This document shows positions 11,301 through 19,919 of a stretch of DNA of 64,000 bases, piece after piece (the stretch's first letter is position 1; each line of letters starts with the position of its first letter). Under the pieces are notes generated by a model. The model was not told the DNA's origin. It made no database searches and saw only the letters and a list, made by a program, of their open reading frames with translations. Source of the DNA: an uncultured Gemmatimonadales bacterium (lineage in GTDB: Bacteria > Gemmatimonadota > Gemmatimonadetes > Gemmatimonadales > GWC2-71-9). The position numbers and the translations under genes are program-made. The stretch covers positions 384,001-448,000 of the forward strand of contig CAWHFW010000005.1 of NCBI GenBank assembly GCA_963828735.1, written 5' to 3'.

Positions 11301-11469
11301 GTTGCGACAATGCGCCACCGGCAGGTGCCGACTGGCTGTCTCCGCTCACGATGGTAATAGCTGTCGCGAACTCGTTGGGCAGCACGACCCCGTCGCTCCC
11401 GCAGCCGATGGCTGCAGCGGGCAGGGCGAGCGCGATCAGTGACGCGAGACGTCGCCGGATCGTGGTCAA
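8326..11469 (-). CDS. Large Ig-like repeat lipoprotein/adhesin (Big_1, Big_3, cadherin-like Big_9)
   Basis: TTG start; lipobox AAIGC; Ig repeats. The C-terminal module P.A.DD.YST.ED..VL.ND.D.DG..FTYTP..F.G.DSFTY..VNDAP is cadherin-like. Confidence 0.9.
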   Translation of the reverse strand: MTTIRRRLASLIALALPAAAIGCGSDGVVLPNEFATAITIVSGDSQSAPAGGALSQPLVVRVADDFDRPVEGQAVSFTIDAGGGQVTPGSATTGPNGQASATWTLGPAAGQQRVTAKVTGTGVPATLNVSFNATAVSGAGAQLVVVSGDNQTAAVGSALPDSLVVRVTDVLGNPVAGVQVTWAVGGGGSISPATLVSGADGLAAAERVLGNASGTQTAMASAGGLTTVTFTQTAEAANPTALLLVSGDAQSVQAGSALSAPLVVRLVDDNGNGVGGKAITWVVATGGGSVNPQNVTTSPTGLAETSWTLGPNAGSNLLNAVFSGLPSVPFTATATAGVATKLAFSQAPVNTSAGGTITPAVKVAIQDAAGNTVTSATDAVTLAIGSNPAGGVLSGTVTVGAVNGVATFSNLSIDKAGNGYTLTAAASALTGVTSASFDILTGAANRLVFITQPTNRVVGERFSPAIQVQVQDAGGNPVLTGNPITLISSVTGTLTGAATATPVFGTATFNNLAVNKAGTAYTLTALGSGVASATSNPFDVVQASTTINITSKSPSGPSVFGQPETFNYDINIVSPGAGSLTGTVTVSDGTDSCTGGINAGTGVGSCQIFFTSVGARNVTATYNGDVNFAGSVSTAVIHTVNKANTSLTITSDGPDDPSVVGQSVTVQWTLAPTGAGAGTATGDVTVTVSGGTETCTAPAVFGTGSCDVVLTASGNRNLTASYPGDANFNASTDNEPHVVHGETSTALSSSLNPSNAGDNVTFTAHVAATSGTGSPTGQVKFFEGATQLGQGNLNASGDATFAKNDLPVGDHAITAVYQGSPTFEGSTSSPVTQTVNAVPNVPPTATDDPSYSTQEDTQLSVGGGGSVLKNDDDPDGPESSLTAHKASEPAHGTVTLALDGTFTYTPNADFNGTDSFTYTAQDGDGGSSAAATVTITVTAVNDAPSFTPGGDVTSTAAGVAFSQPWATSLSAGPADEAGQALTFVVSVGPLDALKFDAPPSIDSNGTLTFTPNALFLGPTTVTVHLEDNGGTASGGEDTTPDQTFTIN

Positions 11470-11532
11470 GGCATGTCCTGTAGAGGGACGATGAACCGAA
11501 TTGCGCTGGCTCGTCGGATCAGGCGGGAATCC

Positions 11533-11550
11533 AAGCAGGATACATGCCCC
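11533..11550 (-). promoter_or_regulatory. Putative sigma-54 (-24/-12) promoter for the large Ig lipoprotein
   Basis: Minus strand GGGGCATGTATCCTGCTT = GG-N10-GC, ~65 bp upstream of the start codon; near-palindromic TGT-N12-ACA at 11618-11635. Confidence 0.45.
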
Positions 11551-11642
11551 GGTGGGATCCGGCGGAAAGCAGGCAGCTCGTTATCGCAAATCGACTTAGT
11601 GCCGGGCGAGATCTGAGTGTTGCGCGACCGCTACAACAGGAC

Positions 11643-12359
11643 CTAGAATCCCACCGTGGCGGTAAAGGTAACGGATGAGGTGCTGGCCTCTTCGACTTCC
11701 GCGGTGGCCCTCTGGACGCCGATCTCGTTTCCCAGGGTCCAGATCACGCTGGTCGTTCCATCAGCAGCCGTGACGCTTTCTTCCGGCGCCAGATCCCCGT
11801 TCCCGTGTTCGGCGTTCCATTTGACGCGGACTCCCGCCACCGGGTTCCCGAAGCGGTCCACCACGGCGACGACGAGCGGCTCGTCGAGCGGTTCCCGGCG
11901 GCGCCCCGGTTGAATCAGCGGTCCCACGGCGCGCACCGTGTCCGGCGCGCCGACTGTCGCCGCGGCCTGAAGCGGCACGATGGCCGGGGCGGCACCGCTG
12001 TCGGGAACGATGCGGGCCTCGGCGGCGTACGCACCAGGGGCGCGGCCGAGCACCCACTGGGTGGACGCATGACCGACTGAGTCGGTGAGCGAGGTGTCGG
12101 GATCGAAGACGTCGTCGGTGCCGGTGCGGACAAACGCCACCTTCTGCCCGCCCATCGGAGCGCCGGCAGCACTGCGCACCACGACGACCACTGGGTCGGC
12201 GAGAGGCTGGCCCACCGTGCCGGTCTGGCCATCGCCACCGACGACGGCCAAGCTCAGCGGAGACACCGTGGAGCCAGGAAGGGTGATATCACCGCTGCAG
12301 CCGCCAAGGACGATGGCCGCCGCGGTCACCAAGACTGCAAACTCTTTCATGCGCGCCAC
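11643..12359 (-). CDS. Ig-like domain (Big_1) lipoprotein
   Basis: Lipobox VLGGC; two GDGQ.G.VG..L.DPVVV / VD.FGNPVAG repeats. Start could be GTG 12359 or ATG 12350. Confidence 0.85.
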   Translation of the reverse strand: MARMKEFAVLVTAAAIVLGGCSGDITLPGSTVSPLSLAVVGGDGQTGTVGQPLADPVVVVVRSAAGAPMGGQKVAFVRTGTDDVFDPDTSLTDSVGHASTQWVLGRAPGAYAAEARIVPDSGAAPAIVPLQAAATVGAPDTVRAVGPLIQPGRRREPLDEPLVVAVVDRFGNPVAGVRVKWNAEHGNGDLAPEESVTAADGTTSVIWTLGNEIGVQRATAEVEEASTSSVTFTATVGF

Positions 12360-12383
12360 CTACGAGCCTTCCGTGCGGACCTC

Positions 12384-12619
12384 TTACCATACCCGGGAGG
12401 CGGGCATCTTGCCAGTAGTGGCCCTACCGGCCCGCTGGAACAGGACCCCGACGCCGAAGTTCACGACGCGCCCGCGGTACCCTTCGCCGCCCCGACCGAG
12501 TCCTGGAGCCGCGCCAGCCCAGCCGAGGCTTCCTGAGCTGCCGCCGCACCACCGAGCAACAGGAGCAGAGCACCAGCCGTGACGCCACGCCGAAGCGCCG
12601 TCTTCAACCACCCCGTCAT
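12384..12619 (-). pseudogene. Remnant of an exported protein (signal peptide plus out-of-frame beta-strand-like C-terminus)
   Basis: ATG 12619 gives MTGWLKTALRRGVTAGALLLLLGGAAAAQE; another frame ends YRGRVVNFGVGVLFQR...VW-stop. Confidence 0.3.
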
Positions 12620-12769
12620 CGTTAGGTTGCGGGCGTTCGTGGGATACGGCGGAGTGAAAGGCAAGAGCCCGACGCGGCCGGCGCCCATGCCATTTGCTTG
12701 TTCCGGCGGCGTTTAGCGGCGGACAACCGCGGGCGCTTCCTTTTCGACCAATCCTCAACTGCACAACGC

Positions 12770-13489
12770 ATGGCACCCACCGCACGCCGGATCACGATGG
12801 CCGTCATGCTGCTGATCGCCGTCGGCTTCGCTCGCCTCGGCGTCTGGCAGCTGTCGCGGCTCAGGGAGCGCCGGGCGGCGAACGTCGCGATCGTCGCGGC
12901 GCGAGCCGCGGCCGCGGTGCGGATCACCGCGACGTCAGCCGGCACCGACACGCTGCGTGAGCACCGGGTCATGGCGGAGGGACGGTACGACCAGGCGCGG
13001 GAGATCGTTCTCCGTGGCGAGGTCTTCGAAGGCGTGCCAGGCGTGCGGATCGTGACGCCGCTGCTGCTGGCGGAGGGTGGCCCGGCGATACTCGTCGATC
13101 GAGGGTTCTTGCCGGCCGCCGATGCGGTCTCGGTGGACACGCACGGCACCGAGGAGCCGGGAGTGCGAGCCGTGCGCGGAATCGCGCTTCCGATCGGGAC
13201 GGCGCCGGGTGAGGCAGTCGAGCACGCCGGACGCACGACGTGGCGGCGGCTCGATCTCGCGGCGGTGCGACGAGTGCTGCCGTATGGCGTGCTTCCCGTG
13301 TTCATCGCGCAGAGTCCCGACAGCTCGCTGCCGCGCTTCCCTCGACGGGTTGAACCGCCGCCGGTCGACGAGGGCCCGCACCTGGGCTACGCGATCCAGT
13401 GGTTCCTGTTCGCGGGGCTGGCGGCGGCGTTCGCGGTGCTGGTGGTGGGGCGGACGGGGAAGCGGGATGCGGTGCCGGGCGACGAGTGA
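12770..13489 (+). CDS. SURF1 family cytochrome oxidase biogenesis protein
   Basis: LG.WQL.R motif, V.TPL...ILVDRG, and C-terminal HLGYAIQWF. Confidence 0.9.
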   Translation: MAPTARRITMAVMLLIAVGFARLGVWQLSRLRERRAANVAIVAARAAAAVRITATSAGTDTLREHRVMAEGRYDQAREIVLRGEVFEGVPGVRIVTPLLLAEGGPAILVDRGFLPAADAVSVDTHGTEEPGVRAVRGIALPIGTAPGEAVEHAGRTTWRRLDLAAVRRVLPYGVLPVFIAQSPDSSLPRFPRRVEPPPVDEGPHLGYAIQWFLFAGLAAAFAVLVVGRTGKRDAVPGDE

Positions 13490-13524
13490 GGTGCACGCCG
13501 CCCGTTCAGGACGCCGACACCCGC

Positions 13525-14823
13525 CTAGGACGTCGGCTTCGCTCCGTCGAGCTGCGCGATGGTCTTCGTCGACGGCTCGCGCTCGCGCTGGAGCCGCGCG
13601 GCGGTCGTCTCGGCCTGGCGCAGCACGCGCAGCATATTCTGTCCCGCGAGCTTCTTGAGATCCGCGTCGCTCCATCCGCGCCGAATCAGCTCGGCGAAGA
13701 GGTTGGGGAACTTCGACACGTCCTCGAGCCCGGCCGGCGTGTAGTCCACCCCGTCGAAGTCGCTGCCGATGCCGACGTGGTCCACGCCGGCGACCTGGCG
13801 AACGTGCTCGATGTGGTCGGCCACCTGGGCGAGCGTCGCGGTGGGCGAGGGGTGGGCGGCCTCCCACTGCTCCCACTGCCGGTGCGCCTCGGTCGTGTCC
13901 GGCACCGCCGCGCGGATCGCCTTTCGGGCGGAATCGCCGGCGTCTTCCCAGCCCTTGAACTCGTTGGACACGAACGACGGGACGAACGTCACCATGACCA
14001 CGCCCCCGTTTTTCGGCAGGCGCTGCAGGATCGAATCGGGCACGTTCCGCGGATGGTCCACCAGGGCGCGTGCGGCCGAGTGGGAGAAGATGACCGGCGC
14101 TTCGGCGACGTCGAGGGCGTCGCTCATGGTGGCCGGCGAGACATGGGACAGGTCCACCAGCATGCCCATCCGGTTCATCTCGCGCACGACCTCCTTGCCG
14201 AACTCCGTGAGGCCGCCATGGCGGGCGCTGTCGAGCGCCGCATCGGCCCAGTCGAGCGTGACGTTGTGCGTCAGCGTCATGTACCGCGCGCCCAGCGCAT
14301 AGTACGCGCGCAGGGCTCCAAGCGAGTTCTCGATGGCGTGACCGCCCTCGATCCCCAGGAGCGACCCGAGCCGTTTCTGCTTGAACGCCCGCTCGATGTC
14401 GTCGGCGGTGAGCGCGAGCGAGAGCCGGTCCGGATAGTGGGCGATCATGCGCCGCGCGATGTCGAACTGCTCGAGCTGCACCCGCGCGTACCCGCTGTCC
14501 TTCATCTCGCCGTCGGTGTAGATCGACCAGAATTGGGCGCCTACCTGCCCCGTCTTGAGTCGCGCCAGATCGGTGTGCTTGGGCGACGGCTGGCGGAGGT
14601 CGTACGCGGCCACATCGAACGGGTGGTCCTTGGCCCGCCGAATCTCCCAGGGAAGATCGTTGTGCCCGTCGATGAGTGGGGTGGACCGGAGCAGCGCGTG
14701 GGCATGCGCCAACGCGGCGTCGGTCGGGGCTGGAGCGGACTGGCCGTCAACGGCGGCAGGCATGACGAGGGACCGGGTGGCAAGGGAGACGAGGAGCGGA
14801 ATTGTCGCGTACAGGGTCTTCAC
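13525..14823 (-). CDS. Membrane dipeptidase (peptidase M19), exported
   Basis: Motifs DGHND, EGGH, DLSH, FSHS and GSDFDG; N-terminal signal peptide. Confidence 0.93.
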   Translation of the reverse strand: MKTLYATIPLLVSLATRSLVMPAAVDGQSAPAPTDAALAHAHALLRSTPLIDGHNDLPWEIRRAKDHPFDVAAYDLRQPSPKHTDLARLKTGQVGAQFWSIYTDGEMKDSGYARVQLEQFDIARRMIAHYPDRLSLALTADDIERAFKQKRLGSLLGIEGGHAIENSLGALRAYYALGARYMTLTHNVTLDWADAALDSARHGGLTEFGKEVVREMNRMGMLVDLSHVSPATMSDALDVAEAPVIFSHSAARALVDHPRNVPDSILQRLPKNGGVVMVTFVPSFVSNEFKGWEDAGDSARKAIRAAVPDTTEAHRQWEQWEAAHPSPTATLAQVADHIEHVRQVAGVDHVGIGSDFDGVDYTPAGLEDVSKFPNLFAELIRRGWSDADLKKLAGQNMLRVLRQAETTAARLQREREPSTKTIAQLDGAKPTS

Positions 14824-15200
14824 GCGTCACCGTTCGAATGTGAGCCGTGTGGGAGAGCGTGGCCGAGCTGAACCAGCTCGGGCCGGGAGGTGAACTCGGG
14901 ACAGATCGTCCGGTCGTACTCGTACGGGCCGCCCGTCTCGGCATCGACCCACGGGAACCCGCGGCAGACGGCGGGATAGTACGCCTCTGCGTGGATGGTG
15001 CAGACATTGTCCTTCAAGAAGACGCACCGCCCCCCGCGCACCCGCGTCCGCCACTCGCCCCAGCGCGCGCGATAAATCATCACGTCCCCATGGGCACGGG
15101 CAATGGCGGCGGCCTCGTCGTCACTCAGGGTGACACCGTAGGCGCAGCAGGACGAAAGATGAGGACAGGGGTAGCACGGGAGCGATGGAAAATCGTGCAT
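14820..15200 (-). CDS. YkgJ-family cysteine cluster (CxxCxxCC) protein
   Basis: C.PC....CC, C.FL.D..C.IH...P.VC..FP; stop overlaps the dipeptidase start (GTGA). Confidence 0.82.
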   Translation of the reverse strand: MHDFPSLPCYPCPHLSSCCAYGVTLSDDEAAAIARAHGDVMIYRARWGEWRTRVRGGRCVFLKDNVCTIHAEAYYPAVCRGFPWVDAETGGPYEYDRTICPEFTSRPELVQLGHALPHGSHSNGDA

Positions 15201-15356
15201 GGGGCAAAGTTAGCGTGAGGGGGGGATGCGCGGCAGGGCCGCCGACCCTCGAGTGTTGCTCCCTCCCGGTCAGCCTCGTAGCTTCTGCACGAATCGCGAT
15301 CCCTGAAGGTCTCGCCTCCCTTCCCCCGGCACGCCGACCGTCGCCACGAGGCACGC

Positions 15357-15608
15357 ATGGACGCAGGTGCCATCGGAGTCTTCATCCCGATCGCCGCCAT
15401 CCTGACATGGGGCGCCATCCGCATCGTCTCCATTCAGGCCCAGCACAAGAAGGCCGCCGATCCGGACACGACGGATCGCCTCCAGGCCCTGGAAGGAGAG
15501 GTGGGAACCCTCCGCCAGGAGCTGACCGAGACGCAGGAGCGGCTCGACTTCACCGAGCGGATGCTGTCGCAGCAGCGCCCGCCCGAGCGGCTGGATCAGG
15601 GGAGGTAG
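15357..15608 (+). CDS. Small membrane protein, PspB-like (TM plus coiled coil ERLDFTER)
   Basis: GAGG RBS, N-terminal hydrophobic helix, LRQELTETQERLDFTERML. Confidence 0.75.
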   Translation: MDAGAIGVFIPIAAILTWGAIRIVSIQAQHKKAADPDTTDRLQALEGEVGTLRQELTETQERLDFTERMLSQQRPPERLDQGR

Positions 15609-15740
15609 GCCTCGGCTCGCGCGACGCTGGAAATCCTGCTGCCGGCAGCGCTTGCGCACTCGAGTTCCCTCCCGTCTTTCCCGATGGATCCATTGGGAAC
15701 CCTGCGACGTTTATAGGGTGACTCGAGACGACAGGCGGAC

Positions 15741-16388
15741 ATGAGCAAGATCTCCATCCAACCCCTCCGCACGCGACTGGCCGGTCTAGGCGCGATCCTG
15801 GGCATGAGTGTGCTGGCGCTGGGCTTTGGGCCCGCTCCGGCGCAGCAGACCGCCCTCTTCGCGGGGGGATGTTTCTGGTCCATGCAGAAGGCGTTCGACG
15901 GCGTCCCCGGCGTCGCCAGCGTCACCGCGGGCTATGCGGGCGGCACGCTCAAGAACCCGACCTACGAGCAGGTCGAGACCGGGCAGACCGGTCATGCCGA
16001 GTCGGTGCAGGTGATCTACGATCCGGCCAAGATCACCTATGACAGCCTGCTCCAGGTGTACTGGCACCATATCGATCCGACGACCCCGAACCAGGCGTTC
16101 TGCGATCACGGGCCCCAGTATCGCTCGATCATCTTCTACGGGAATGGCGAGCAGAAGCGGGAGGCCGAAGCCTCGAGGGCGGCACTCGACCGTTCGGGCC
16201 GATTCCACACGCCGGTGGTCACGGCCATCCAGGCTGCGTCGCCGTTCTATGCCGCTGAGGAATACCACCAGCAGTTCTACAAGAAGAATCCGACGCACTA
16301 CGAGGCGTATCGCATCGGGTGCCGGCGGGACGAGCGGTTGAAGCAGCTCTGGGGCGAGCAGGTCGCCGCCAAGGAGGCGGCCCGATGA
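15741..16388 (+). CDS. msrA: Peptide-methionine (S)-S-oxide reductase, exported
   Basis: FAGGCFW, GYAGG, TYEQV, GHAE, FY.AEEYHQ; signal peptide. Confidence 0.95.
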   Translation: MSKISIQPLRTRLAGLGAILGMSVLALGFGPAPAQQTALFAGGCFWSMQKAFDGVPGVASVTAGYAGGTLKNPTYEQVETGQTGHAESVQVIYDPAKITYDSLLQVYWHHIDPTTPNQAFCDHGPQYRSIIFYGNGEQKREAEASRAALDRSGRFHTPVVTAIQAASPFYAAEEYHQQFYKKNPTHYEAYRIGCRRDERLKQLWGEQVAAKEAAR

Positions 16389-16942
16389 GAGCGCTCGCGG
16401 CCGCCGCGGCCCTGGTCCTGGTGACGGCCGGAATGGCCGCGGCACAGACACCGGTAGCCAACCCCACGCACACGACGGGATGGAACGCGATGACCTTCAA
16501 GAAGCCGACCGACGCGGAGCTCAAGCAGAAGCTGACGTCCGAGCAGTATGCCGTGACCCAGAAGGACGCCACCGAGCGCCCTTTCCACAACGCATTCTGG
16601 GACAACCACGAGGCGGGGATCTACGTGGACGTCGTCTCGGGCGAGCCGCTGTTCAGCTCACTCGACAAGTATGACTCGGGCACCGGCTGGCCGAGCTTCG
16701 TCCGGCCGCTCGAGCCGGCGAACCTTGCCACGCACAGCGACCACCAGCTCTTCGCGGAGCGGACCGAGGTGCGCTCGGCGCACGCCAACTCGCACTTGGG
16801 GCACGTGTTCGATGACGGGCCGAAGCCGACCGGATTGCGGTACTGCATGAACTCCGCGGCGCTCCGCTTCATCCCCGTGGACAAGCTCGAGGCCGAGGGG
16901 TACGGACAGTACCTGCCGTTGTTCAAGAAGGCAGGGGTCTAG
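16385..16942 (+). CDS. msrB: Peptide-methionine (R)-S-oxide reductase, exported
   Basis: ATG overlaps the msrA stop (ATGA); signal peptide; [29 protein letters not shown]. Confidence 0.95.
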   Translation: MRALAAAAALVLVTAGMAAAQTPVANPTHTTGWNAMTFKKPTDAELKQKLTSEQYAVTQKDATERPFHNAFWDNHEAGIYVDVVSGEPLFSSLDKYDSGTGWPSFVRPLEPANLATHSDHQLFAERTEVRSAHANSHLGHVFDDGPKPTGLRYCMNSAALRFIPVDKLEAEGYGQYLPLFKKAGV

Positions 16943-16969
16943 GCGCTCCTCCCTCCCGGCGTCACGACA

Positions 16970-17012
16970 CTCGAGACCCTCATCCGGCGAAGCTCCGGAT
17001 GAGGGTTTCGAG
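16970..17012 (+). terminator. Long stem-loop after msrB (probable terminator or stabiliser)
   Basis: CTCGAGACCCTCATCCGG-CGAAGCT-CCGGATGAGGGTTTCGAG; 18-bp stem with one G-U pair and no clear U-tract. Confidence 0.6.
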
Positions 17013-17159
17013 CATTCGGGCCAGGCATTCCCGGAGACCGCCCCGGGCTAGCGGCCTCGCGCCATTGTCTTAGTGTAGCTGGCGGGCTCGTCCCCGCTCT
17101 GTCAGTCACCGCTACCACATGACCGTTATCCCGCCCGGCACACGGGTGGGGAGGGCACG

Positions 17160-17495
17160 ATGGCATACAAGGGTCCGCTCAAAGTCGGCAGTACGATCGA
17201 AGCAAAGCTGTTGCTGGATCATACGGCCTCCGGCCCGGCCTTTCTTCTGGTCGGCTACGGCCGGCGGGGCGGCTCGCCGAGCGGAGACGGCGATACCGTC
17301 GCGCCGGGAGGAACCGCGCGCGCCTCCATGGAGCTCGACGCGGCCGGCCGGCTCGAGGTCGGGGTGGACATGTCCACCAATGGCGATACGGCCGTCCTCG
17401 TGATCAGCGTGGACGGAGCGGAAACGCGGGAGAACATCCAGGGCGACACGATCTGGGCGTACGCCGTCCTCGGGGGCCGTCGAGGCCGCACGTGA
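17160..17495 (+). CDS. Hypothetical protein (beta-rich)
   Basis: GGAGG RBS; stop overlaps the GTG of the next gene. Confidence 0.65.
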   Translation: MAYKGPLKVGSTIEAKLLLDHTASGPAFLLVGYGRRGGSPSGDGDTVAPGGTARASMELDAAGRLEVGVDMSTNGDTAVLVISVDGAETRENIQGDTIWAYAVLGGRRGRT

Positions 17496-18826
17496 GCCCG
17501 TCATGGAGCGGGGCGGCCTTCACGGTCTGGCTCGCCGTCGCGGCGCTGACACCGGTCGCCCTGGTGGCACAGGAGCGGGATTCGTTGTGCGCGGCAGAGC
17601 TGATCAAGGACGGCCTCACGCCGGCGGCGGCGAGCGAGGAGCCCTGCAATCAGCTGGCGCAATCGCTGGTCGAACACGTGCGGACGCCGCCGTTGCTCGA
17701 CGCCATGCTCGAGCGCGTCCCGGCGCGCGACTTCCAGTCGCGTGCCACCGGGAACGCGGGCAGCGCGGGGGCGCCGAACCAGAGCGAGGCCGTTCCCTCG
17801 GTGCAGCCGCTCGCCCTCGCGGGCGGATCGCTCGCCGCCGTCGGCTCGGACGGAGGGACGGACGCGATCGCCGCCTTCACGATCAATCCGGCGATGCTCT
17901 TCGGGATTCAGGACCCGGCGCAGGCCGCCGCGCTGAGCCGACTGCTCGACCTGAGCGTGCTCGCGCCGATCAACGACCTGGATCGCAATCAGGACGGAAA
18001 GGTGGACTACTACGGCCTCCGGGCGAGGCTCAACATCACGGGCCCGGGCGCCGGCAAGCACCTCGTGGCCGCGGTCAGGGCATTCGCGGCTCACACGCAG
18101 GAGGCGCTCGACGCGGCCACCGTCCTGGACACGGTGCTCCAGCAGACCCCGACCTTCGCGAGCTGCGTGGCCGCGCTGCGCAGGGACTCGGTGGACACCG
18201 ACCTGATGCAGAGGACTTGCGGCCGGACCCTCGATCTGGCCGACGACCCGAAGACCCTGTCCACGCTCCGGGAGCAGCTGAGCCTCGCGCGCGAAGCCGC
18301 CGACGCGAGGTACCTCGGCCTCGACCTCCGGCTCGATCAGGGCGATCCGACGCTGGGCGGCACCCCAGGAGCGGCGGGGACCGCACTGTTCGCAGGAATC
18401 GCGTACGGCCGGAAGTTCGTCGCTCGAACGACCGTGGGCCCGACCTTCGGACTCAAGGCGCGGCTCGGCGTGCAACACGTGTCGCTCGATGACGCCACGC
18501 TGGCCGAGAGCGATCGCAACAACACGGCGATCGATGGCGCGGTGGCGTTCGACTTCACGTATCCCTACGAGTTCCAGCCGCTCAAGCTGGCGGCCGGGCT
18601 CGAGTTCCGTTCCGGCGATCCGCCCGTGCCCAATGCGGACAAGGCGTTCCAGACGAATTTCCTGCAGGCCCGCCTCTCGCTCGAAGTGCCTATCACGCCG
18701 GCCAACAGCATTTCGATCGCGTTCGCCGGGCCGCTCACCGGTGAGCAGAGGCCGACGCTCACGATCAACGGCAACTGGCAGCTCCTGTTATCGGGACGAC
18801 CGGGCCTCGCCCCGTCCGCGCCCTGA
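17492..18826 (+). CDS. Hypothetical exported protein, possible outer-membrane beta-barrel
   Basis: Signal peptide ending ALVAQ; C-terminal alternating beta-strands (YLGLDLRLD, FGLKARLGVQ, LQARLSLEV, TINGNWQL). Confidence 0.72.
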   Translation: MSPSWSGAAFTVWLAVAALTPVALVAQERDSLCAAELIKDGLTPAAASEEPCNQLAQSLVEHVRTPPLLDAMLERVPARDFQSRATGNAGSAGAPNQSEAVPSVQPLALAGGSLAAVGSDGGTDAIAAFTINPAMLFGIQDPAQAAALSRLLDLSVLAPINDLDRNQDGKVDYYGLRARLNITGPGAGKHLVAAVRAFAAHTQEALDAATVLDTVLQQTPTFASCVAALRRDSVDTDLMQRTCGRTLDLADDPKTLSTLREQLSLAREAADARYLGLDLRLDQGDPTLGGTPGAAGTALFAGIAYGRKFVARTTVGPTFGLKARLGVQHVSLDDATLAESDRNNTAIDGAVAFDFTYPYEFQPLKLAAGLEFRSGDPPVPNADKAFQTNFLQARLSLEVPITPANSISIAFAGPLTGEQRPTLTINGNWQLLLSGRPGLAPSAP

Positions 18827-18878
18827 CCTCGTGACGCCACTCACCGCGCCGGGCTCCGTCCGGCGCTACCCCTGAACC

Positions 18879-19850
18879 GTGACTGCCTCGAAGTCGTCGA
18901 CCCGCCGCCGCGTGCTGGGTGCCGGCGCGAGCCTGCTGCTCTTCGCGGGGGCCGTGTTCGTGCTCCACTCGGAGCTCCGCGACCATCCAGTCCGTGAGAT
19001 CATAGCCGAGCTCAGGACCTTTCCCGCGCTCCGTCTCGCGCTCTCGCTCGCCGCGACGGTGCTCGGATTCCTCGCCCTCGCGGGTTACGACGCGATCTCG
19101 CTCGCGGCGCTCGGACACCGGCTGCCGTTTCGGCGCGTGGCCATCGCGGCATTCCTCGGATATGCGTTCGCCAACTCGCTGCCGCTTTCCGTCGTGACGG
19201 GCGCCGCGGTGCGCTACCGGCTCTATTCGCAGTGGGGCATCGAGCGCGGCGACGCGGCGCGCGTGATCACCCTCAACACGGTGACGTACGTGGTCGGCCT
19301 GCTCGCGTCCGCCGGGCTGGCCTTCGCCCTGCAGCCGGTGCTCGTCCCGGGCTTTCTCCGTCTTCCGCTGCACACCGCGCGGCCGCTGGGATTCGTGTGC
19401 CTCGCCGTCGTCGCCGGATATCTCATCTGGAGCGGCCGCGAAGGCGACGACCTGAGGATCCGGCGCTGGGAGCTGCCGCGCCCGACCTTCCGGCGCGCGG
19501 TCGCCCAGATCGGGGTGTCGTTCGCCGACTGGGTGTTCTCGGGCGCGGCGCTGTACGTGCTGCTACCGCACCGGGTGCCGTTTCACGTGTTCTTCGCGGT
19601 GTTCCTGCTGGGTCAGATCGCGGGACTCATCGCGCAGGTGCCGGCCGGGCTCGGCGTGTTCGAGGCGGTCATGCTCTGGGGACTCACGCCGGCCCTCTCG
19701 ACGCCATCCGTGCTGGTCGGACTGGTGGCGTACCGGCTGGTCTACTTTCTCCTGCCCCTCGTGCTGGCGACGGGCTTCTGGGTGGCGCGCGAAGGGAACC
19801 GGTGGCTCCGGCGGAGGCGGGCCGGGACAGTGCGGCGGGCGTCGGCGTAG
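18879..19850 (+). CDS. Lysylphosphatidylglycerol synthase TM-domain / UPF0104 membrane protein
   Basis: GYD, G.AVRYRLYS.WG, PAGLGVFEA and AYRLVYFLLPL motifs; multiple TM segments. Confidence 0.88.
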   Translation: MTASKSSTRRRVLGAGASLLLFAGAVFVLHSELRDHPVREIIAELRTFPALRLALSLAATVLGFLALAGYDAISLAALGHRLPFRRVAIAAFLGYAFANSLPLSVVTGAAVRYRLYSQWGIERGDAARVITLNTVTYVVGLLASAGLAFALQPVLVPGFLRLPLHTARPLGFVCLAVVAGYLIWSGREGDDLRIRRWELPRPTFRRAVAQIGVSFADWVFSGAALYVLLPHRVPFHVFFAVFLLGQIAGLIAQVPAGLGVFEAVMLWGLTPALSTPSVLVGLVAYRLVYFLLPLVLATGFWVAREGNRWLRRRRAGTVRRASA

Positions 19851-19919
19851 AGCACGACCGCCAACTCACCTGCCCCGCAACATCAGTCTCTGTCGCTCAT
19901 CCTCCTGTGCGGCCCTTCC

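Noticed and set aside
3205..12359. Repetitive-looking DNA as a possible CRISPR or tandem repeat
   Set aside because: The repeats are degenerate protein-level Ig modules; no identical repeats with unique spacers and no cas genes.
19866..19907. AGGAGG followed by tiny ORFs MSDRD and MLRGR after the M13 gene
   Set aside because: The SD abuts the first ATG with no spacing; too short to support.
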